From Nitrososphaerota archaeon (GTDB lineage: Archaea > Thermoproteota > Nitrososphaeria > Nitrososphaerales > UBA57): a stretch of 7,008 nt of DNA. Made by a program: the position numbers and the translations under genes. The notes under the pieces are model-generated. The model made no database searches. It was not told the origin of the DNA and was given only the letters and a program-made list of their open reading frames with translations. Positions 1 to 6,446 of the stretch are shown piece after piece; the stretch's first letter is position 1; every line of letters begins with the position of its first letter. Location of the stretch: the NCBI GenBank assembly GCA_002713205.1, contig PAVW01000002.1, forward strand, positions 1-7,008, written 5' to 3'.

Positions 1-14
1 TTAAAGAGTTGAGC

Positions 15-1664
15 ATGAAAGTACTTCTCATAGTTCCTGAAATTCGTCTAGACATGTCTCCACAACATGTTCCATTTTGGGCAGGAATCTTAGGCGCCAT
101 TGTTGAAAAAAAAGGCGGAGATGTAGGTATTTTAGATCTAAATGCATTACGAATGAATTATGATGGTAACACAGTACCATCAAATGTTATAGTTGAAGAA
201 ATTAGTTCAGAAAAATGGGATATTGTTGGAATTGGAGGTCTAACTACAACATACAAAAGAATAAAACAACTTGCTCCATTGATTCGTAAATGTTGTCCTG
301 ATTCATTGTTTATTGGTGGGGGCGGTTGGAGCACATACAATCCAGATGAGATACTTGAACTTATTCCAGAATTGGATTTAATTGTAATAGGTGAAGGAGA
401 AGAGACCTTTTCAGAATTATATGATAATGTCAGTGATAATCAGACTGATTTTCGTGGAATTGCAGGATTATGTCTACGAGAGACTAACGAATTGTATTTT
501 ACAGCACCAAGAGCTCTAATTCCTGATCTAAATACAATCCCCTATCCATCATACGATCTATTTGAAAATGAAATTTATTTCAAATATTCATCGATTCCAA
601 TGTCAGTTGAATCTTATAATGCACAAAGACGATTTTCGGTGGTTTGGGAAAGAGGATGTCCACGGGGATGTACATTTTGTTCACATAACGGAATGTCCAG
701 GATAGACTTACAGAATATTTATGGTTCAGGAGACAGATTAAAAGGAGAAAAACGTGTTAGGAAAATAGATGAAGAAGAGGGAACATTTCAATTACCAGCA
801 AGATGGCCATCACCTCAGTATGCAGTTGATAACATAAAATTATTAGTTGACAAATATGATTGCGACTTTATTTCTATAATGGATGAAAATATGACTAGTA
901 ATTTGAAATGGACTAAAGAGTTCTGTACATTATACATGGATGAAGGTTTGGATAAAATTTTAAAATGGGGAACCCTAGGAGATGCACCTAGCGTAGCAAC
1001 AAAACCTTCAATTATTAAAACGATGCAAGATGCAGGTTGTGCTTACATTTCATTTGGATTTGAATCTGCATCAGATAGAGTTCTAAATGAGGATATACAA
1101 AAAGGACAGTTAAGATCTCATTTACAAACTACTATTAATACATTAAAAGAAGTAGGTATGACGCCAATTACTACATTCATGATTGGCAATCCAAATGAAG
1201 ACATTAACGACTTGATGGAAACGGTTGATTTTTGGATTAAAAATGGAGCAGAAGTAGATCCTTTCATTTGCACACCATATGTTGGAAGTCCTTTATTTTA
1301 CAATAATAGAGATTATGTTTTAGAACAATATGATGAAAGAATTCTATTAGTAAATCAAGGAAAGTTTTCAGTAGAAAATAGGATTCTAAAAAAAATGTAT
1401 TTAGAAGCATTGGATAAATTTATGGAAGATTGTGGCGATGCAACACAGTATACTGCAACTGTTAGTAAAAATTTTACAATTCCAGAATTAATTGCATTAA
1501 AACAATTCATGTATAATCATGATGTTCGAAGAATGCTTCAAATGGCAAACCAGAAGTATGAAGAAACAAAACTTCCACAATGGAAAGTAAGTGAAAAATG
1601 GAAAAAATATGATCCAAATCATAAAGCAAAAAAAGAATTAACTAAAATAATAGAATCTTTATGA
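15..1664 (+). CDS. B12-binding-domain radical SAM enzyme (class B radical SAM; possible cobalamin-dependent methyltransferase or rearrangement enzyme)
   Basis: Long ORF. The track starts at TTG 9, but the first ATG at 15 gives MKVLLIVPE, a typical N-terminus for this family. The frame is open to the window edge, so the start is not fully certain. The N-terminal ~140 aa follow the B12-binding domain pattern (KVLLIVPE...WDIVGIGGLTT...LFIGGGG...DLIVIGEGEETF). The radical SAM cluster motif C-PRG-C-TF-C (CX3CX2C) is encoded at 657-680, and downstream barrel-like motifs are present (ISFGFESASDRVL, FMIGNPNE). The stop overlaps the next start as ATGA at 1661-1664. Confidence 0.85.
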   Translation: MKVLLIVPEIRLDMSPQHVPFWAGILGAIVEKKGGDVGILDLNALRMNYDGNTVPSNVIVEEISSEKWDIVGIGGLTTTYKRIKQLAPLIRKCCPDSLFIGGGGWSTYNPDEILELIPELDLIVIGEGEETFSELYDNVSDNQTDFRGIAGLCLRETNELYFTAPRALIPDLNTIPYPSYDLFENEIYFKYSSIPMSVESYNAQRRFSVVWERGCPRGCTFCSHNGMSRIDLQNIYGSGDRLKGEKRVRKIDEEEGTFQLPARWPSPQYAVDNIKLLVDKYDCDFISIMDENMTSNLKWTKEFCTLYMDEGLDKILKWGTLGDAPSVATKPSIIKTMQDAGCAYISFGFESASDRVLNEDIQKGQLRSHLQTTINTLKEVGMTPITTFMIGNPNEDINDLMETVDFWIKNGAEVDPFICTPYVGSPLFYNNRDYVLEQYDERILLVNQGKFSVENRILKKMYLEALDKFMEDCGDATQYTATVSKNFTIPELIALKQFMYNHDVRRMLQMANQKYEETKLPQWKVSEKWKKYDPNHKAKKELTKIIESL

Positions 1665-2659
1665 GTACTCAAAGTAAAGAGCAACAACAAATAGGTTTTC
1701 TCTCATTATGCTATCATTACATTCGTCCAGATAATGATGATCCATTTTCAAGACTTATGGGTACAAAAATAACAGAATTTAAAAATCAAATTAAAATGTT
1801 AAAAGAGAAATTTGAAATGATTTCTTTAGATGATGTGTTAGAATTTATTAATGCTAAAATTTTTGAAAATAATAAATATAAAATGTTATTGACATTTGAT
1901 GATGGATTATCAGAGCATTACAATGCAGCGAAGATTTTAAAACAATTTGATATTAAAGCGACATTTTTTATTCCAACATGTATTCTGAAAGAAAGATTAC
2001 CAGCAAATCCTATGATAATTCATTACGTAATAGCAAAATATGGAATAGAAAAATTTTTAGAAGAATTTAGATATGCTTTAAAAAAACTTGGGCTGGAAAT
2101 AAAAAAATATGATATAACATATGTACGTGAAGATAATGACGTATGGAAAAAAATTGCTGAAATAAAATATAATTTCAAATACAAATTAGGATATAAAATA
2201 TCACGAGAAATACTTCTACATATTTATCAAAATTCTCTTCTAATAGAATACCCAAATATTTTAGAGATAATACATCTCAATAAAGAACAAATACATGAAA
2301 TGTTAGAGATGGGTCACAGAATTGGAGTTCATACACATACACATATTTCTGTAGCCGCAACAAGTTTATCAGATTCTGATTTTTTTAATGAAATTGTCTT
2401 TCCAAAAAAATATCTGGAAGATGAATTCAACGTTCCAATTAAATCATTTAGCTATCCATTTGGTGAAAGAAAGGATTATCTTTCATCTATGCGATTCTTA
2501 AATAAAACAAAAGAATATGATCTTGCTTTTACTGTAGAAGAAATAGTAAATTTTGGAAATACTCCATTGGAAATAGGAAGGTATCAGCCTATGAGTCATG
2601 ACAATGTAAGAACTTTAGAGAACAATTTATCTAACATAATTAAAAAAAATATTTTGTAA
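1661..2659 (+). CDS. Polysaccharide deacetylase family protein (NodB homology / CE4 fold; de-N-acetylase or deformylase)
   Basis: 332-aa ORF. NodB motif 1, LLTFDDGLSEHY, has TFDDG at 1892-1906 and is followed by ATFFIPT. The His-rich metal motif GVHTHTH (HxxxH) is at 2330-2344, and an FSYPFGE motif follows. About 90 aa of helical-looking insertion lie between motifs 1 and 2. The start overlaps the upstream stop (ATGA), and the stop overlaps the next start (TAATG at 2657-2661). Confidence 0.8.
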   Translation: MSTQSKEQQQIGFLSLCYHYIRPDNDDPFSRLMGTKITEFKNQIKMLKEKFEMISLDDVLEFINAKIFENNKYKMLLTFDDGLSEHYNAAKILKQFDIKATFFIPTCILKERLPANPMIIHYVIAKYGIEKFLEEFRYALKKLGLEIKKYDITYVREDNDVWKKIAEIKYNFKYKLGYKISREILLHIYQNSLLIEYPNILEIIHLNKEQIHEMLEMGHRIGVHTHTHISVAATSLSDSDFFNEIVFPKKYLEDEFNVPIKSFSYPFGERKDYLSSMRFLNKTKEYDLAFTVEEIVNFGNTPLEIGRYQPMSHDNVRTLENNLSNIIKKNIL

Positions 2660-3468
2660 TGAAGTTAGTTATTTTCACTAGTAATGGGATACGTCACAAA
2701 TACGTTGCAAACACACTTGCAAAATTTGTTGACGATATTTTGATTGTATCTGAATGTAGACAAAATGATGCTTCAGACAAAGAAACAGAAGGAAATCTTT
2801 CTCCAATAGATGAGCATTTTAGAAAACGATATTTGACTGAAAAAGTCATGTTTGCAGGAAATGATGTTTTCAAGGGAAATGTCCTACCTCTAGTTTACAA
2901 AGAAGCAAATTTGGAATATACATATCAAGTTGTAAAAGAGTTTGATCCGGATTTGATGATTGTGTTTGGTTCATCGATCATTAAAGAACCTCTTCTTTCA
3001 TTGAAACCTAATCGATTCATCAATCTTCATTTAGGATTATCTCCCTATTATCGAGGAAGCGGTACAAATTTTTGGCCTTTTGTTAATAAAGAATTGGAAT
3101 ATGTAGGTTCAACGATTTTACATTTAGATTCTGGTATTGACACGGGAGATATTCTTACTCACGTAAAACCTAATTTTGAAATTAATGATGATGTTCACAC
3201 AGTGGGATGCAAAGTAATTCAAGAAAGTGTGAATGTATTAAAAAAAATAATCGAGATGGTAAAGAAAAATACTGAATTAAATAGAATTAAGCAATGGGAA
3301 TTATCAGATTCAAAATATTATAAAAATAGTGATTTTAATGAAGAGATATTGAATTTATATAAAAAAAATTTGTCAGAAGGCTTGATAAAAAATTTTCTAG
3401 AAAAATCTGAAAATAAAATTAGAATCATCAACATAGATAATGATAAAAATGAGACAGACAGAAATTAA
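2659..3468 (+). CDS. Formyltransferase family protein (Formyl_trans_N fold; probable N10-formyl-tetrahydrofolate-dependent sugar N-formyltransferase)
   Basis: 269-aa ORF. The motif INLHLGLSPYYRGSG matches the canonical HxSLLPxYRG folate/catalytic loop, with the N-x-H codons at 3022-3030. The motif LDSGIDTGDIL supplies the catalytic Asp (codon at 3139-3141). The Asn-to-Asp spacing of 39 residues is close to that in Fmt/PurN-type enzymes. There is no obvious Fmt-type C-terminal tRNA-binding domain. Confidence 0.8.
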   Translation: MKLVIFTSNGIRHKYVANTLAKFVDDILIVSECRQNDASDKETEGNLSPIDEHFRKRYLTEKVMFAGNDVFKGNVLPLVYKEANLEYTYQVVKEFDPDLMIVFGSSIIKEPLLSLKPNRFINLHLGLSPYYRGSGTNFWPFVNKELEYVGSTILHLDSGIDTGDILTHVKPNFEINDDVHTVGCKVIQESVNVLKKIIEMVKKNTELNRIKQWELSDSKYYKNSDFNEEILNLYKKNLSEGLIKNFLEKSENKIRIINIDNDKNETDRN

Positions 3469-4225
3469 AGAAGCTGTAATAATTACTGCAAGAATTAGTT
3501 CAAAACGTCTTCCAAACAAGACTATAATGGAAGTAAAAGGTCTGAAATCAATTGAGATTACAATTGAAAGAGCTAAAAAAATTGGTCATCAAGTAATTTT
3601 AGCAACAAGTAATGATAAATTAGATGATGTCTTAGTTGATATCACAAAGAAATGTGGAATAGAAATTTTTAGAGGTTCACTTTCAAATAAAATTAAAAGA
3701 TGTCATGATTGTTTCAAAAAATTCAAGATTGATAATGCATTATTGATAGAAGGTGCTGACATTTGTTATGATTTTAATATTGGAATTAGAGCGTTAACTG
3801 AATTAAGAGAAACAGATTCAGAGATTATTTGGTGTCCAAAGGAGATAATTACAGGTCTTTTTACTTTGGCTATGAGTAAATCCGCAATAGAAGAATTGTA
3901 TGAGCTTGTTCCTTCAGAAAATTTTGATACTGATGTATTTACTCACTTATTTGATAAGATGAAGGCAAAAGTCTCATTTGTTAAATTAAATAAAAATGAA
4001 AAAAATAAAGAGATTAGATTAACTATAGATTATCAAGAAGATTTAGATTTTTTTAGGAAAGTTTATCAGAATTTTTCAATTACGGAAGATAGTTCAGTCA
4101 TAATCAAATATTTGTTAGAAAATCCATCAATATGTAAAATGAATTATTTTAGAGAAAAAGATTATCTTGAAAATAAAGAGAACATGATGAAAGATTTCAA
4201 CAATAATAAAAAAAATAGTGAGTAA
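3440..4225 (+). CDS. Cytidylyltransferase family protein (SpsF/NeuA-like; probable CMP-nonulosonate synthetase)
   Basis: 261-aa ORF. The N-terminal motif AVIITARISSKRLPNK matches the ARxxSxRLPxK signature of the CTP_transf_3 / SpsF (COG1861) group. The C-terminal motif RLTIDYQEDLDFFRKVY matches the conserved TxDxxEDxxxxR motif of the same group. The start is ambiguous: ATG at 3440 or ATG at 3449. Either one overlaps the 3' end of the formyltransferase gene, by 29 or 20 nt. Confidence 0.75.
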   Translation: MIKMRQTEIKEAVIITARISSKRLPNKTIMEVKGLKSIEITIERAKKIGHQVILATSNDKLDDVLVDITKKCGIEIFRGSLSNKIKRCHDCFKKFKIDNALLIEGADICYDFNIGIRALTELRETDSEIIWCPKEIITGLFTLAMSKSAIEELYELVPSENFDTDVFTHLFDKMKAKVSFVKLNKNEKNKEIRLTIDYQEDLDFFRKVYQNFSITEDSSVIIKYLLENPSICKMNYFREKDYLENKENMMKDFNNNKKNSE

Positions 4226-4267
4226 TTCGTATTAATAATATGTTTAAGTGGAAGTAATTATATTCAA
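4226..4267 (+). promoter_or_regulatory. Possible internal promoter in the only intergenic gap of the operon (TATA-like boxes)
   Basis: A 42-nt AT-rich gap lies between the cytidylyltransferase stop (4223-4225) and the first neuB ATG (4268). TAATAATA at 4233-4240 lies about 30 nt upstream of ATG 4268. TTATAT at 4258-4263 lies about 25 nt upstream of ATG 4286. That is the spacing expected for an archaeal TATA box driving a leaderless mRNA. TATA-like strings are frequent in DNA this AT-rich, so this is weak evidence. Confidence 0.25.
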
Positions 4268-5326
4268 ATGCTTAATTGTGTTTTTATGGATGAACCAGAA
4301 ATAGTTCTTGATTCTAAGAGAATTGGAAGAAAACATAGACCACTTGTGATAGCTGAAATTGGAATTAATCATGAGGGAAAAATTGAGAAAGCAAAAAAAA
4401 TGATACAAGATGTCTATGATGCAGGTGCAGAATGTGTAAAATTTCAATCACATATTATAGATGATGAAATGATTCCAACTGATGTGATTCCTGGAAATTC
4501 AGATGAGACAATCTGGGAGATTGTTAAGAGATGTTCGTTTTCAGAAAAGGATGAGATGTCATTAAAAAAATTTGTTGATAGTTTAGGAATGATTTATCTT
4601 TCAACACCATTTTCTCGTGAATCAGCTGACAGATTAGAAAGAATGAATGTTATCGGATATAAAATTGGTTCAGGAGAATGTAATAATTATCCATTAATTG
4701 AACATATTGCTGAATTTGGAAAACCCGTAATTATTAGTACTGGAATGAACGATATAGAAAGCATATCAAAAAGTGTTAAGATTTGTAGAGAATCAAATAT
4801 TCCATTTGCGTTGATGCATGTAACATCAATGTATCCAACTCCATACGAACATGTACGTCTTGGTGCCATGACACACATTGCAGAAGAATTTCCTGATGCA
4901 GTAATAGGTTTGAGCGACCATTCAATTGGTAATTACACATGTTTTGCAGGAGTTGCTTTAGGTGCATCAATTCTAGAAAAACATTTTACATCAGACAAGT
5001 CATGGAGTGGACCAGATGTTCCAATCTCAATTGATCCTAGTGAATTAAAAAATTTAATCAACGGAGTAGATTCCATTTATAAATCACTGGGAGGAAAAAA
5101 AGAAATTCTCTCAGAAGAGCAACCAACAATTAATTTTGCATATTCATGTGTTGTAGCAATCAGAGACATTGAGATTGGTGAAAATCTATCAAAAGAAAAT
5201 GTATGGGTCAAACGTCCAGGTACCGGAGAGATACTTGCAAAAGATTTTCAGAAAGTATTAGAATATAAAGCAAAAATGAAAATTTCTAAAAATACTCAGA
5301 TAAAGTGGAATATGATTGAAAAATAA
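4268..5326 (+). CDS. neuB: Nonulosonic acid synthase, NeuB family (N-acetylneuraminate / legionaminate synthase) with C-terminal SAF domain
   Basis: 352-aa ORF with the full set of NeuB family motifs: PLVIAEIGINHEG, AGAECVKFQSH, LSTPFS, YKIGSGE, VIISTGM, ALMHVTSMYP, GLSDHSIG, LEKHFT. A SAF-like C-terminus follows (VVAIRDIEIGENLSKENVWVKRPGTG). An alternative start at ATG 4286 (MDEPEIVL...) is equally plausible. The neuB symbol denotes the family only; the Neu versus Leg type is unresolved. Confidence 0.92.
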   Translation: MLNCVFMDEPEIVLDSKRIGRKHRPLVIAEIGINHEGKIEKAKKMIQDVYDAGAECVKFQSHIIDDEMIPTDVIPGNSDETIWEIVKRCSFSEKDEMSLKKFVDSLGMIYLSTPFSRESADRLERMNVIGYKIGSGECNNYPLIEHIAEFGKPVIISTGMNDIESISKSVKICRESNIPFALMHVTSMYPTPYEHVRLGAMTHIAEEFPDAVIGLSDHSIGNYTCFAGVALGASILEKHFTSDKSWSGPDVPISIDPSELKNLINGVDSIYKSLGGKKEILSEEQPTINFAYSCVVAIRDIEIGENLSKENVWVKRPGTGEILAKDFQKVLEYKAKMKISKNTQIKWNMIEK

Positions 5327-6446
5327 AAAATTAGTTTTCATTACAGGGACAAGAGCGGATTTTGGTAAATTAAAACCATTAATTGATGTTGTGGAAAATT
5401 CAGATTTGTTTGATTGTTACATTTTTGCAACAGGTATGCATACATTAAAGAGATATGGTCATACATATTCTGAAATTAAAAAACAAAAATACAAAAATTT
5501 GATTGTATATAAAAATCAGAAAAATTCTGATCATGATTTGATTTTGGCTGATACAATTAAGGGTTTTTCAAAATTTGTTAAAGAAATCAAACCAGATATG
5601 ATAATTGTTCATGGAGATAGATTAGAACCACTTGCAGGTGCGATTGTAGGATTATTCAGTGGAGTACTAGTAGGGCACATAGAAGGGGGAGAAATATCAG
5701 GCACAGTGGATGAGATAATTAGACATGGTATAACCAAATTATCACACATTCATTTTGTATCAAATTTAGAAGCAAAAAAAAGAATTATGCAGATGGGTGA
5801 AAATACAAAATCATCTTTCATCATAGGTTCTCCAGAAATTGAAATAATGAAAGAAAGTATACTACCAAAAATACAAGATACAAAAATGAGATATAATATT
5901 CCATACGAGTCTTACGCAATTTTTATTTTTCATCCAGTTGTTACAGAATTTCATAGTACTAGAAAACAGATAAAACAAATTATTTTGGGATTAAAAGAAT
6001 CTAAGAGGAAATTTATTATAATTTATCCAAATAATGATAAAGGTTCAGATATTATAATTGAAGAGATTAAGAAATTAAGAGGAAATAAAAATTTTAGAAT
6101 TTTTCCATCATTAAGATTCAAATATTTTTTGTCATTATTGAAAAATGCTGATTTTGTGATAGGAAATTCTAGTACAGTAGTTAGAGAAGCTGAGGTTTAT
6201 GGTACTCCTGCTATCAATATAGGAACAAGACAAAATAATAGAAATAAAAATAAAGAAATAATTAATATTTTTCCAAATAGAAATGAAATACTTAAAGTAA
6301 TACAAAAAATTAATGGAAAAAGATTCAAACCAAAATCATATTTTTATCCTGTTAAGAGTTGTTCTGCTGAATTTTATAAAATTTTATTAAAAGATGAGAT
6401 ATGGAAAATTAATTTACAAAAACAGTTTAAGGATATTAAAATTTAA
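5316..6446 (+). CDS. neuC: UDP-N-acetylglucosamine 2-epimerase, hydrolysing type (NeuC/LegG family)
   Basis: 376-aa ORF. The N-terminus KKLVFITGTRADFGKLKPL, the HGDRLEPLAGA motif, and HIEGGEISGTVDEIIRHGITKLSHIHF match the NeuC-type GGE..G..DE..RH..TK.SH.HF signature rather than the non-hydrolysing WecB-type signature. The start must be TTG at 5316, because an in-frame TGA sits at 5313-5315 and the next ATG is codon 41. The gene overlaps the neuB 3' end by 11 nt. Confidence 0.9.
   Translation: MKNKKLVFITGTRADFGKLKPLIDVVENSDLFDCYIFATGMHTLKRYGHTYSEIKKQKYKNLIVYKNQKNSDHDLILADTIKGFSKFVKEIKPDMIIVHGDRLEPLAGAIVGLFSGVLVGHIEGGEISGTVDEIIRHGITKLSHIHFVSNLEAKKRIMQMGENTKSSFIIGSPEIEIMKESILPKIQDTKMRYNIPYESYAIFIFHPVVTEFHSTRKQIKQIILGLKESKRKFIIIYPNNDKGSDIIIEEIKKLRGNKNFRIFPSLRFKYFLSLLKNADFVIGNSSTVVREAEVYGTPAINIGTRQNNRNKNKEIINIFPNRNEILKVIQKINGKRFKPKSYFYPVKSCSAEFYKILLKDEIWKINLQKQFKDIKI

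Noticed and set aside
9-14. TTG at position 9 as the start of the radical SAM gene (as in the ORF track)
   Set aside because: The ATG at 15 is two codons downstream and yields the family-typical MKVLLI N-terminus. Only 8 nt of upstream sequence are visible, so the TTG cannot be supported. The frame is also open to the window edge, which leaves residual uncertainty.
105-113. Many homopolymeric A tracts inside coding regions as possible slipped-strand phase-variation switches: A9 at 105-113, and A8 at 1388-1395, 2642-2649, 3240-3247, 3361-3368, 4208-4215, 4393-4400 and 5774-5781
   Set aside because: In DNA of about 30% GC with Lys-rich proteins (AAA codons), runs of 7-9 A are expected by composition. 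They are spread evenly across genes rather than concentrated at one 5' end. Population sequence data would be needed to see length variation.
158-340. 60-aa ORF on the - strand inside the radical SAM gene
   Set aside because: It lies entirely antisense to a gene with strong domain motifs. It is short, with no recognisable motif, and its composition (PPPP from the GGGG codons opposite) is a typical shadow-frame artefact.
2330-2346. Short tandem repeat CATACA CATACA CATAT
   Set aside because: It directly encodes the His-Thr-His-Thr-His metal-binding motif of the NodB deacetylase, so it is a coding consequence rather than a microsatellite or regulatory repeat.
4223-4270. The cytidylyltransferase and neuB are in the same reading frame, separated by one TAA and 14 sense codons (possible read-through or a decayed gene fusion)
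   Set aside because: Sharing a frame happens one time in three by chance. TAA is an efficient stop. The 14 intervening codons (FVLIICLSGSNYIQ) look like translated AT-rich spacer rather than a linker, and both proteins look complete at their termini.
4244-4447. 67-aa ORF on the - strand overlapping the neuB 5' end and the intergenic gap
   Set aside because: It is antisense to the highly conserved NeuB N-terminus. The translation is low-complexity and Phe/Ile/Asn-rich, as expected from reverse-reading AT-rich codons, and nothing supports it as a gene.
4687-4970. Two overlapping - strand ORFs (4687-4878 and 4776-4970) inside neuB
   Set aside because: Both are antisense to the best-conserved part of NeuB (STGM, MHVTSMYP, GLSDHS motifs). 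They are in different frames from each other and have no motifs, so they are shadow ORFs.
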